Origin: an uncultured Flavobacteriales bacterium
GTDB lineage: Bacteria > Bacteroidota > Bacteroidia > Flavobacteriales_F > PHOS-HE28
DNA length: 64,000 nucleotides
NCBI GenBank assembly: GCA_937872175.1
Contig: CALMPI010000019.1
Location: 53,651-117,650 of the forward strand
Direction: 5' to 3'
Shown here: piece after piece, positions 8,591 through 17,229 of the stretch
Layout: each line of letters starts with the position of its first letter
How positions within the stretch are numbered: the first letter of the stretch is position 1
Notes under the pieces: generated by a model
Told to the model about the DNA's origin: nothing
The model's database searches: none
Seen by the model: only the letters and a program-made list of their open reading frames with translations
Made by a program: the position numbers and the translations under genes

Positions 8591-9901
8591 TCACACGGCC
8601 TCCCCCTCCAGGTGGTGCTCCCGCGCCGCCGTGATCCGCACCTCGGCGAAGTCGCCGATGCGCAGGTGGCCCGATGCGGTGGGGATCAGCACTTCGTTGT
8701 CCACCTCGGGGCTGTCGAACTCGGTGCGGGCGATGTAGTGCCCGCCTTCGGCCTTGTCCACCAACACACGGTAGGCCCGGCCCACCTTGGCCTGGTTCAG
8801 CTCCAGGCTGATGCCGGCCTGCAGGTCCATCACCTCCTGGGCGCGCTGCTCCTTCACCTCGGCCGGCACGTCATCCTCCATGGAATGGGCGTGCGTCTGC
8901 TCCTCGTGGCTGTAGGTGAAGGCTCCCAGCCGGTCGAAGCGCATGCGTTCGATCCAGGCGAGGTTGTCGGCGTGGTCCGCCTCGGTCTCGCCCGGGAAGC
9001 CGGCGATGAGCGTGGTGCGGATGGCGATGCCGGGCACCTTGTCGCGGATGGTGTTCACCAAGGCCTCGGTCTTCTCCTGCGTGATGCCGCGCCGCATGCG
9101 GGTGAGCATGCGCGTGCTGCCGTGCTGCAGCGGCATGTCCAGGTAGTTGCAGATGTTCGGCCGTTCGCGCATCACATCCAGCACCTCCATCGGGAAGCCG
9201 CTGGGGAAGGCGTAGTGCAGGCGTATCCAGTCGATGCCCTCCACATCGCTCAGGCGGGCGAGCAGTTCGGAGAGGTTGCGCTTCTTGTAGATGTCCAGGC
9301 CGTAGTACGTAAGATCCTGCGCGATGAGCATCAGCTCCTTCACGCCCTGCGCCGCCAGGCCCTTGGCGCTGGCGACCAGCTGCTCCATGGGCGTGCTCAC
9401 GTGCTTGCCGCGCATGAGCGGGATGGCGCAAAAGGAGCACTTGCGGTCACAACCCTCGCTGATCTTGAAGTAGGCGAAGTGCGCGGGGGTGGTGAGGAGC
9501 CGCTCCCCCACCAGCTCGTGCTTGTAGTCGGCCTTGAGGGTCTTCAGCAGCCGGGGCAGGTCGCGGGTGCCGAACCAGGCGTCCACCTGCGGGATCCCCT
9601 CCTTGAGCTCCGGTGCGTACCGCTGGCTGAGGCAGCCGGTCACGTACACCTTCTCCACCTCGCCGCGGTCCTTGGCCGCCGCCCAGCCCAGGATGGTGTC
9701 GATGCTCTCCTGCTTGGCGTTCTCGATGAATCCGCAGGTGTTGATCACCACCACGTTGTGCCCGTCGGGCCGGGCCTCGTGCTCCACGGCAATGCCGCTG
9801 GCCTTCAGCTGGGCCATCATCACCTCGCTGTCGAAGGTGTTCTTGGAGCAGCCGAGGGTGACGACGTTGACCTTGGTGGGCTTGCGGGTGCGGGCCTTCA
9901 T
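8591..9901 (-). CDS. rimO: Ribosomal protein S12 methylthiotransferase RimO (radical SAM, MiaB family).
   Basis: Radical-SAM motif CDRKCSFC, an N-terminal MTTase domain with TLGCSKN, and a TRAM-like C-terminus. Length 436 aa. Confidence 0.9.
   Translation of the reverse strand: MKARTRKPTKVNVVTLGCSKNTFDSEVMMAQLKASGIAVEHEARPDGHNVVVINTCGFIENAKQESIDTILGWAAAKDRGEVEKVYVTGCLSQRYAPELKEGIPQVDAWFGTRDLPRLLKTLKADYKHELVGERLLTTPAHFAYFKISEGCDRKCSFCAIPLMRGKHVSTPMEQLVASAKGLAAQGVKELMLIAQDLTYYGLDIYKKRNLSELLARLSDVEGIDWIRLHYAFPSGFPMEVLDVMRERPNICNYLDMPLQHGSTRMLTRMRRGITQEKTEALVNTIRDKVPGIAIRTTLIAGFPGETEADHADNLAWIERMRFDRLGAFTYSHEEQTHAHSMEDDVPAEVKEQRAQEVMDLQAGISLELNQAKVGRAYRVLVDKAEGGHYIARTEFDSPEVDNEVLIPTASGHLRIGDFAEVRITAAREHHLEGEAV
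8599..8641. repeat. Direct repeat copy 2 (43 bp, perfect). This is the genuine 3-prime coding end of rimO.
   Basis: Identical to 7245-7287. It encodes rimO C-terminal residues VRITAAREHHLEGE, followed by AV and the stop. Confidence 0.85.
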
Positions 9902-9990
9902 GCGGTGGCGCCGGGAACGGGTCCGCGAAGGTATGCCGGATGCCCGCTGGCATTGGTGCGCCGGTCAGGACCGCGTACCTTGCACGGACC

Positions 9991-10644
9991 ATGTCCAAGG
10001 ACCACCCCCTCATCCTCATCGCCGACGACCACACCATCGTGCGGCGTGGATTCAAGAACCTCATGGCCCTCCGCCTGCCGGATGTGAACGTGGAGGAAGT
10101 GGCTGATATGGCCGGGTTACGGATCCGACTGGCCCGGTCGCCGAGGCCCGAACTGCTGGTGCTGGACCTTCAACTGCCGGACGGCAATGGCATGGACATC
10201 CTGCCGAAGCTGTGCAACGACCCGGCGCAGCCTCCCGTGCTCGTGTACTCCATGAACCCTGTGCGCCTCTACGGGACGAAGGCCATGAAGATGGGCGCCA
10301 TGGGCTACGTGAGCAAGGATGCCGCTGAAGAGGACGTGGTGACCGCCGTGCGGACCGTGCTGTCCGGCAAGCCCTACCTGAACCCCGACCTCGCCGTGCG
10401 CACCCCGCGCCCGGGAAGCACCATGGTCTTGGACACGAACCCGCTGGAGCGGCTCTCGGCCCGGGAGCTCATGGTGCTCGATCTGCTGCTCACCGGTGCA
10501 GGGGTGAAGGATGTCGCCGAAACGCTCGGGCTGGGGATCTCCACCGTGGGCACGTACAAGATCCGGATCTACGACAAGCTCGGGGTGAGCAACATCCTCG
10601 ACCTGCAGACGGTGGTGCAGCTGCATCGCAAGGGCGTGCATTGA
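9991..10644 (+). CDS. Two-component response regulator, NarL/FixJ (LuxR-HTH) family.
   Basis: REC domain (LILIADDH...LVLDLQLPDGNG) plus a C-terminal LuxR-type HTH (LSARELMVLDLLLTGAGVKDVAETLGLGISTVGTYKIRIYDKLGV). Its stop overlaps the downstream HK start codon. Confidence 0.85.
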   Translation: MSKDHPLILIADDHTIVRRGFKNLMALRLPDVNVEEVADMAGLRIRLARSPRPELLVLDLQLPDGNGMDILPKLCNDPAQPPVLVYSMNPVRLYGTKAMKMGAMGYVSKDAAEEDVVTAVRTVLSGKPYLNPDLAVRTPRPGSTMVLDTNPLERLSARELMVLDLLLTGAGVKDVAETLGLGISTVGTYKIRIYDKLGVSNILDLQTVVQLHRKGVH

Positions 10645-13600
10645 TGGCCTCACAGCGGCTGATCGGCCTGCTGGGTCTGCTGCTCGCGCTCGGACCGGCG
10701 CTGAACGCGCCCGCCCAGCGCTACGCCGGGTGGCGCCACTTCACCAACAGGAACGGCCTGCCCCAGAGCAGTGTGGGCGACATGGCGTGGGACGAGCATG
10801 GCTTCCTGTGGCTCACCACGCAGGGTGGCCTGGCCCGGTGCGACGGGCGCTTCGTGCGCGCCGTGCCCATGAACGGGGCCTCGCCCCCCCGCCCCTTGGT
10901 GCACCTGCTGCGCACCACCACCGGCGGGCTGTTCACCATCGGCGCTTCCGGCGAGGTCCACCGGTTGCGGACCGCAGGGCCCCTTCCGCTCACCACCACG
11001 GCGACCACGCCCCCCCACCCCTCCGGCACCATGCCTTCCGAGCGCCAGCTCCTGTTCCTGCTGCGCACCGCGGCCCGGAACGGCTGGACCGGCTTGCGCA
11101 CCTGTGCGCTGGACAGCGCATCGTGGCTCCTCGTGCAGGACCGAAGGCTCAGCTGGTGGACCGACACGGTGCAGGCCGGCACGCTCGAACTGCCAGCACC
11201 GCCCCTGGCCCTGTTCGGCCTGCCCTCCGGCGCTCATGTGGTGAGCGCGGACGGCTCGGTCTCCCGGTTCGACCCGGACACCGGCACCCTCCTGCCCGTC
11301 ACCCTGGATCCTGCGGTCCCTCCAGGTGGTCGCTGGTTCGAGCAGGCCGGCCGACCCTTCGTCCTTCACCTGCGGGACGGTCGCCTCCAGCTCTACCGGG
11401 AGGTCGCTGCGAACGGGGCCATCAGCCTGCAGGGGACCCCCATCGATGTGGATCCGGCCCCGCCTTCGGACGTCGCCCAGATGCTCTTCGATGGAACGGC
11501 CACCGTGCTCGCCACGTCCACGGTCACCCAGGGCCTCTTCCTGCATCACCGGCAGTGGTTCAACACACGGTCCTGTGCGGACCCCGACCTCCTCGGCGGC
11601 AACTCCTTCTATGGTCAGGCCGAGCTGCCGGACGGGCTCACCTTCACGGTGGATCACCAGGGCAGCGGCGTGCTTCTGGATGGTGCGGGCTGCAGGCCGG
11701 CACCGGCACCGCTGAACCGACTGGACCCATTCTCCCTGGCCCGCGACCGGACGGGCGGGCTGTACATCAAGAGCCGCGTCGGCATCGAGCGCTTCGATCC
11801 CGCCACCGGCCGCTCGACCGCCGTGGCCAACAGCACCGACGGACGCACCACCATGGTGCTGGAGAAGGACACGCTCTGGGCCGTGAGCCGTTCCGCCTTC
11901 GGCCTGGTGCGCAACGACAGCATCCATTGGTCCGTGGTGTTCGAAGGGTTGGAGCCGGGCCACGACCCCGTCACGCTCTGCCGTGCTTCCGATGGGCGAT
12001 GGTGGTTCGGCACCTGTGATGGGGCCTTCGTCCTGGGCTCCGAACCCGTTCAACGACCCGTCCCGGTCGCGGGGCTCATGGGATCCTGTGTGCGGGCCTT
12101 GCACCGCTGGGGCGACCTCATGCTCGTTGGCACGTACGGACAGGGGGCCTTCGTTCACGATGGGCGTTCCCTGCGCCGCCTGCCGATGGATGAACGCGGC
12201 GCGCTGATGCACACGCATGCCTTCGCTCCCGACGCCCTCGGGGCCCTCTGGATCTCGACCAACAACGGGTTGCTGCGGACCACCTGGCGCGACCTGGAGG
12301 CCTGGGTGGCGGACAGCACGCAACGGCCCTTCATGGGCCGCTTCGACGAGGAGGACGGGCTGATGGGTTCCGAGCTCAACGGAGGCTGCGTACCGGCCTA
12401 CCTCACCCTGTCCACCGGCGAATTGTCCTTCCCGTCCATGCGCGGCCTGGTGCGCTTCGATCCCGCCACCGTGCCCGACCCCTGGCCCGGCGCTCCCCTT
12501 CAGGCCACCGCGCTCAAGGTGGACGGTGTGGCCATTCCCCTGGGTGAGCGTGTGACCCTGCCCGCCGACCATGGCGAGGTGGTGCTTCAGTACGCCCTCG
12601 CGCACTGGGGGAACGCCTCGCAGGTGCAGCTCGAACTGCGGTTGGAGGGCTTGCAGGAGGGCTGGACCCTGCTGGCCAGCGACCGCGATGAGGTCCGTCT
12701 TGGTCTGCTGCCCCCGGGCGAAACACGCCTGGTGCTGCGCAAGGTGGGCGGGGCGCTGCGCGGTGAGCCCGAGGCCTTCGCCGTGCTCCTTTCCGTGCCC
12801 TTGCCCTGGTACCGCAGCTGGTGGGCGGGGCTGGGCTTCGTGAGCCTCGGCGCCCTGGTCGGCCTCGCCCTTCACCGCTGGAACCTGCTCCGGCTGCGCG
12901 CGGCCAACACGAGGCTCGGCTCCCTGGTGAAGGCCCGGACCCAGGCGCTCTCCACCGCCAATGAAGACCTGAAGGCCGCCCTCCACCACCAGGAGAAGCT
13001 CATCGCCATCATCGCGCACGACCTGGTGCACCCGCTCCGCTTCGTGTCGCGCGTGGCCCGCGATGCCCGCGTGATGCACGAGCGGCGCGAGGACCCCGGG
13101 GAGCTCGGCCTCACGCTGCAGGACCTGGAAGGGGCCACCCGGAAGCTCTTCACCAATGCCAGCGACCTGCTCGGCTGGGTCCGTTCACGCCATGTGCAGG
13201 ACCCCGACCGCCGTGTGCAGGTCGACCTCCATCGGTTCGTGGGTGGGGCCATCGACCGCATCGCGGAACTGAGCGGCACCATCGACCTGCGCAACGAGGT
13301 GTCCGCCGGAACACAGGTGACGACGGACCCGGATGTGCTGGCCATCGTGCTCAACAACCTGCTGATGAACGCCGTGGTGCATGGCCGGGCCCGATGCATC
13401 ACCCTCGATCTGGCGGATCACCCGGGCATCGTCCTGCGGGTGCGCGATGATGGGACCGGGATGAGCCTTGAACAGCTGGACCGGATCCGCAAGGAGCTGG
13501 AGGGCCTGGACGACGGGCACGGCCGAGCCGGTGGCACCGCCCTCGGCCTGGGCTATGTGATCATCTCCGAATGCATGCGGCTGTTGCATGCCAGGGCCAC

Positions 13601-13655
13601 GATCGACAGTGGGCCCGGTGGCACCACCGTGGAACTGGCCCTGCCATCGGCGTAA
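10644..13655 (+). CDS. Sensor histidine kinase with periplasmic two-component-regulator beta-propeller (Reg_prop / Y_Y_Y-type) domain.
   Basis: Signal peptide and repeated propeller motifs (NGLPQSSVGDMAWDEHGFLWLTT). One TM helix (WWAGLGFVSLGALVGLAL). HisKA box IAIIAHDLVHPL and HATPase_c boxes (LNNLLMNAVVHG, DDGTGMS, GTALGLGYVI). Confidence 0.85.
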   Translation: MASQRLIGLLGLLLALGPALNAPAQRYAGWRHFTNRNGLPQSSVGDMAWDEHGFLWLTTQGGLARCDGRFVRAVPMNGASPPRPLVHLLRTTTGGLFTIGASGEVHRLRTAGPLPLTTTATTPPHPSGTMPSERQLLFLLRTAARNGWTGLRTCALDSASWLLVQDRRLSWWTDTVQAGTLELPAPPLALFGLPSGAHVVSADGSVSRFDPDTGTLLPVTLDPAVPPGGRWFEQAGRPFVLHLRDGRLQLYREVAANGAISLQGTPIDVDPAPPSDVAQMLFDGTATVLATSTVTQGLFLHHRQWFNTRSCADPDLLGGNSFYGQAELPDGLTFTVDHQGSGVLLDGAGCRPAPAPLNRLDPFSLARDRTGGLYIKSRVGIERFDPATGRSTAVANSTDGRTTMVLEKDTLWAVSRSAFGLVRNDSIHWSVVFEGLEPGHDPVTLCRASDGRWWFGTCDGAFVLGSEPVQRPVPVAGLMGSCVRALHRWGDLMLVGTYGQGAFVHDGRSLRRLPMDERGALMHTHAFAPDALGALWISTNNGLLRTTWRDLEAWVADSTQRPFMGRFDEEDGLMGSELNGGCVPAYLTLSTGELSFPSMRGLVRFDPATVPDPWPGAPLQATALKVDGVAIPLGERVTLPADHGEVVLQYALAHWGNASQVQLELRLEGLQEGWTLLASDRDEVRLGLLPPGETRLVLRKVGGALRGEPEAFAVLLSVPLPWYRSWWAGLGFVSLGALVGLALHRWNLLRLRAANTRLGSLVKARTQALSTANEDLKAALHHQEKLIAIIAHDLVHPLRFVSRVARDARVMHERREDPGELGLTLQDLEGATRKLFTNASDLLGWVRSRHVQDPDRRVQVDLHRFVGGAIDRIAELSGTIDLRNEVSAGTQVTTDPDVLAIVLNNLLMNAVVHGRARCITLDLADHPGIVLRVRDDGTGMSLEQLDRIRKELEGLDDGHGRAGGTALGLGYVIISECMRLLHARATIDSGPGGTTVELALPSA

Positions 13656-13689
13656 CCCATCGGCGCCGGGGTGCGTTCAAGCGGCTGCG

Positions 13690-14184
13690 ATGAACGCCCC
13701 CAACAGCAACCTCATCCGGTACGAAGGCCTGATCAACAGCGAGGTGCGCGTGCAGCTCACCGACCTGCTGATGGCCATCGCCCTTGCCAACCTGGGCTCG
13801 CGCGGCGACCTGAAGAAGCTCTTCGGCGTGGCCGTGGAACTGCTGGACAACGCGCAGCGCTACTGCTCGGCCGGCAGCGTCTCCTTCCAATGGCGCATCC
13901 AGGGCCCCGAGCTGGTCATCGAGATCAGCAACCTGGCGGACAAGGCCGACGCCGAGCGCCTCCTGGCCATCGTGGCCTCCATCCAGAGCATGACCTCCGA
14001 GCAGATCGCCGATGCCTTCAAGCAGCAGCTGCAGGACCCCGCTTTCGGTGAGAAGGGCGGCGCCGGCCTGGGCATGCTGCAGATCGCCCGCAAGGTGGGC
14101 AACCGCATCACCGCCAACGTCCGCCCTGAACCCGACGGTGTGTACCGCTGCACCAGTCAGGTGACCACGCTCCTCCGATCCTGA
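13690..14184 (+). CDS. SiaB-like GHKL-fold serine/threonine kinase (anti-sigma-factor-kinase-like).
   Basis: N-box-like ELLDNAQRY and G-box GGAGLGMLQIARK. About 165 aa, immediately upstream of a DUF1987 gene as in siaB-siaC pairs. Confidence 0.6.
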   Translation: MNAPNSNLIRYEGLINSEVRVQLTDLLMAIALANLGSRGDLKKLFGVAVELLDNAQRYCSAGSVSFQWRIQGPELVIEISNLADKADAERLLAIVASIQSMTSEQIADAFKQQLQDPAFGEKGGAGLGMLQIARKVGNRITANVRPEPDGVYRCTSQVTTLLRS

Positions 14185-14193
14185 TCCCGACCG

Positions 14194-14601
14194 ATGCATC
14201 CGCTTCACATCCCCGCCACCCGGACCACGCCCGAAGTGCATTTCGAGCCTACGTCCGGCCAGTGCTCCATCACCGGGGTATCCATCCCCGAGCACGCCCA
14301 GGAGTTCTACCAGCCGATCGTCCAGTGGCTGGACATCTTCCTATCGGTGAACCGCGCCGCCGTGACCCTGCGCATCGCGCTCACCTACTTCAACTCCTCC
14401 TCCCTGAAAGCGCTCTACATCCTGCTGGGCAGGGTGCGCGAGGCCCAGCTCATGGGGACCCCTGTGCGCATCATCTGGGTGGTGGAGGAGGATGACGAGT
14501 TCATGCTGGAGTCCAGCAGCTACTTCGCCGAGCTCCTCGGGGTGAAGATGGATATCGAGATGACCGGCGACGGCGGCTCCGGTGAGCGCCGGGCGGTCTG
14601 A
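14194..14601 (+). CDS. SiaC-like regulatory phosphoprotein (DUF1987).
   Basis: MHPLHIPATRTTPEVHFEPTSGQCSITGVSIPEHAQEFYQPIVQWL... matches the LHIPxT..TP...G.S.PE....F..V..WL signature of SiaC/DUF1987 as I recall it. The gene starts 10 bp after the SiaB-like gene. Confidence 0.65.
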   Translation: MHPLHIPATRTTPEVHFEPTSGQCSITGVSIPEHAQEFYQPIVQWLDIFLSVNRAAVTLRIALTYFNSSSLKALYILLGRVREAQLMGTPVRIIWVVEEDDEFMLESSSYFAELLGVKMDIEMTGDGGSGERRAV

Positions 14602-14608
14602 GCCCCGT

Positions 14609-15580
14609 TCACTCGCGCGCGAAGAGGCCTTCCACGAAGGTCCGCCGATCGAACTCCTGGAGGTCGTCGATCCCCTCCCCGATCCCGAGGTAGCGGATCG
14701 GCACCTGGAACTCGTGGCTGATGCCGATGGCCACCCCACCCTTCGCCGTTCCGTCGATCTTGGTCAGCGCCAGCGCCGTCACGTCCGTGGCCTTGGTGAA
14801 CTGTCGCGCCTGCTCCATGGCGTTCTGCCCGGTGCTGGCGTCCAGCACGAGCAGCACCTCGTGGGGGGCATCGGGCACCACCTTGCGCATCACGTTGCGC
14901 ACCTTGGTGAGCTCGTGCATCAGGTTCACCTTGTTGTGCAGGCGGCCGGCGGTGTCGATGATGACCACGTCGGCGCCCCGCGCCTTGGCGCTCTCCACCG
15001 CATCGTAGGCCACCGCGGCGGGATCGGCCCCCATGCCCTGCGACACCATGGGTACGCCCACGCGCTCGCTCCAGATCCGCAACTGGTCCACCGCAGCGGC
15101 GCGGAAGGTGTCCGCGGCACCCAGCATCACGCTCAGCCCGCTCTTCTTCAAGCGATGGGCCAGCTTGCCGATGGTCGTGGTCTTGCCCACACCGTTGACC
15201 CCCACCACCATGATCACGTAGGGCTTGGCGTCCGTCCGGACCGGGGGAGGGTCCTTCATCAGATCGATGATCTCCTCCCTGAGGATGCGGTCCAGTTCGG
15301 CGGCGCCCACGTACTTGTCCCGGGCCACGCGCTCCTGCACGCGGCGGATGATCGACAGGGTCGTGTCCACCCCCACATCGCTGCTCACCAGCACCTCCTC
15401 CAGGTCGTCGAGGACGGCATCGTCCACGGTGGTGCGCCCCACCAGCATCCGGCCGAGCTTGCCCAGCAGTCCGCCCCGCGATCGTTCAAGCCCCGCGCTC
15501 AGGGCGGCACGATCGGCCGAAGCCTGGGGTCGGTCCTTGCCGAAGAGTCCGAAGAGCGCCATGATCATGCCGGTATGCAC
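14609..15580 (-). CDS. ftsY: Signal recognition particle receptor FtsY.
   Basis: NG domain with GVNGVGKTTTIGKLA, DTAGR and the TKIDGTAKGG motifs. The start may be one of the internal Met codons (MALFGLFGK). Confidence 0.9.
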   Translation of the reverse strand: MHTGMIMALFGLFGKDRPQASADRAALSAGLERSRGGLLGKLGRMLVGRTTVDDAVLDDLEEVLVSSDVGVDTTLSIIRRVQERVARDKYVGAAELDRILREEIIDLMKDPPPVRTDAKPYVIMVVGVNGVGKTTTIGKLAHRLKKSGLSVMLGAADTFRAAAVDQLRIWSERVGVPMVSQGMGADPAAVAYDAVESAKARGADVVIIDTAGRLHNKVNLMHELTKVRNVMRKVVPDAPHEVLLVLDASTGQNAMEQARQFTKATDVTALALTKIDGTAKGGVAIGISHEFQVPIRYLGIGEGIDDLQEFDRRTFVEGLFARE

Positions 15581-15633
15581 AAAGGCCCGAGCCGGGTGGC
15601 GCAGGCCTTTGCACGTCCGCCGCAGCGGTGGAT

Positions 15634-15790
15634 CACTTCTTCTGGGCGAGGAACTTGTCCGCCTCGTCGGCGGGCATCACCGATTCCTGGAACTGGTAGC
15701 CGCCGGTCTTGGCGTTCTTCACCATGCGGATGACCTTGGTGAACACCTTGGCGTCCGCTTTCTTCAGGGTAGCAACGACCTTCTTTGCCA
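15634..15790 (-). CDS. Small DUF4295-family protein, conserved between rpmG and ftsY in Bacteroidota.
   Basis: Encodes MAKKVVATLKKADAKVFTKVIRMVKNAKTGGYQFQESVMPADEADKFLAQKK (52 aa). It is below the six-frame track length cutoff. Its position between L33 and ftsY is conserved. Confidence 0.5.
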
Positions 15791-15813
15791 TGTCTCACGC
15801 GCCGGGGCGCTGG

Positions 15814-15996
15814 TTACTTGATCTCTTTGTGAACGGTCATCCGGCGCAGGATCGGATTGTACTTCTTGAGCTCCATGCGCTCCGAGGTGTTCTTCCGGTT
15901 CTTGGTGGTGATGTAGCGGGACGTGCCCGGCTGGCCCGAGGTCTTGTGCTCGGTGCACTCGAGGATCACCTGTACGCGGTTCCCTTTCTTGGCCAT
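15814..15996 (-). CDS. rpmG: 50S ribosomal protein L33.
   Basis: [60 protein letters not shown]. Confidence 0.9.
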   Translation of the reverse strand: MAKKGNRVQVILECTEHKTSGQPGTSRYITTKNRKNTSERMELKKYNPILRRMTVHKEIK

Positions 15997-16026
15997 GACT
16001 GGATGCTTCGTTGGTTATGGGGCCGA

Positions 16027-16266
16027 TCAAGCCGTGTAGTACCCCTTGGCACGGGCGCGCTTCAGCGCCTCGGTGATGCCCAGCTTGTCGATCGTGCGCA
16101 TGCCGGCCGCGCTCACGCGGATCGTCACCCACTTGTTCTCGTTGGGCACGAAGTAGCGCTTGTCCTGCAGGTTCGGCGCAAAAGTGCGCTTCGTCTTCAC
16201 GTTCGAGTGGCTCACCTTGTGACCGGTGATCACATGCTTGCCGGTGATCTGGCAGACCTTGGACAT
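16027..16266 (-). CDS. rpmB: 50S ribosomal protein L28.
   Basis: [34 protein letters not shown]... The six-frame ORF is much longer; the true start is at the internal Met. Confidence 0.9.
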   Translation of the reverse strand: MSKVCQITGKHVITGHKVSHSNVKTKRTFAPNLQDKRYFVPNENKWVTIRVSAAGMRTIDKLGITEALKRARAKGYYTA

Positions 16267-16491
16267 GGCGTTGCAGTTTCGGGGGCGCAAATATAAGGAT
16301 CTTCCTGGCATCCACGGTCCAAGACCCCTGCCGGTCGGTCCGGCCCCTCCCTGCACGGCCCTTGTGCCCGGCATGCCGCCCGGGGTCCCGGAGGGTCCTG
16401 TGGCAAGGTGGATCGCCGCCGCCCTTGTGCGGAGGAGCCGCCTCCCGATATCTTCGCCGCGCCTCCCGGTGTGCCGGTGCGGGGCCCCCTC

Positions 16492-17229
16492 ATGCGCGAC
16501 CCTGAGAAATGGCGCCCCTCCCGGATCGTTCGCGATCCGCGGTCGGGACGCTTTGTCACGAACCGGCGTGGCATCTTCGGAGGCTCCCTCTACATCGCGG
16601 AGCTTCAACACGCCCACTACCTGCCCCTGATCGAGCAGCACATCTCCGGACGTGTGCTGGACGTGGGCTGCGGACCGGTGCCCTACTACGAACTGTACAA
16701 GCCCAGGACCAGCGAGGTCGTCTGTGTGGACTGGGCGGGCAGCCCGCATGCGAAGGACGTGCTCGACCACTTCATCGACCTGAACGCCGAACCGCGCCTG
16801 CCCTTCCCCGATGATCACTTCGACTCGATCCTCGCGTCGGACATGCTGGTGCACATCACCCGGCCGCACGTCTTCCTCGCCGAACTGCGTCGCATCCTCA
16901 AGCCCGGCGGCCACATGGTGATCACCGCGCCGTTCGCCTATTGGATGGGCGAGTATCCGCACGAGTACATGCACTTCTCGGAATTCTCCCTGAAGCACCT
17001 GGCCAAGGATGCGGGGCTGGAGACGCGCCACATCATGGCCTACGGTGGCCACGCCGATGTGCTGCTGGACTGCGTGAACAAGTTCTTTCCGGTCGGCTTC
17101 ATGAACCGGGTGTACTGGGCCTTCGCGCGTGCGGTGATCGCCACCGGGTGGCCGCGCCGGAACCGTGAACGCACCAAGGGGCCCTATGCCTTGGGCTACA
17201 GCATGGTGGTCCGCAAACCCCTGGCCTAG
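16492..17229 (+). CDS. Class I SAM-dependent methyltransferase (Methyltransf_11-like). This is a small-molecule or protein MTase, not a DNA MTase.
   Basis: SAM motif [12 protein letters not shown], motif post-I VVCVDW and [13 protein letters not shown]. No DPPY/NPPW DNA-MTase motif. Confidence 0.75.
   Translation: MRDPEKWRPSRIVRDPRSGRFVTNRRGIFGGSLYIAELQHAHYLPLIEQHISGRVLDVGCGPVPYYELYKPRTSEVVCVDWAGSPHAKDVLDHFIDLNAEPRLPFPDDHFDSILASDMLVHITRPHVFLAELRRILKPGGHMVITAPFAYWMGEYPHEYMHFSEFSLKHLAKDAGLETRHIMAYGGHADVLLDCVNKFFPVGFMNRVYWAFARAVIATGWPRRNRERTKGPYALGYSMVVRKPLA

Noticed and set aside
10650-13079. 809-aa ORF on the minus strand, antisense to the histidine-kinase gene.
   Set aside because: It is a typical high-GC shadow ORF. 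Its translation is Gly/Arg/Ala/Pro-rich and low-complexity with no motifs, whereas the plus-strand frame carries clear HisKA/HATPase and propeller motifs.
16492-17229. The methyltransferase as part of a restriction-modification system.
   Set aside because: It has the Methyltransf_11-type small-molecule SAM-MTase architecture, with no DNA-MTase catalytic motif (DPPY/NPPW). There is no adjacent endonuclease, and it is flanked by ribosomal protein genes and cinA.
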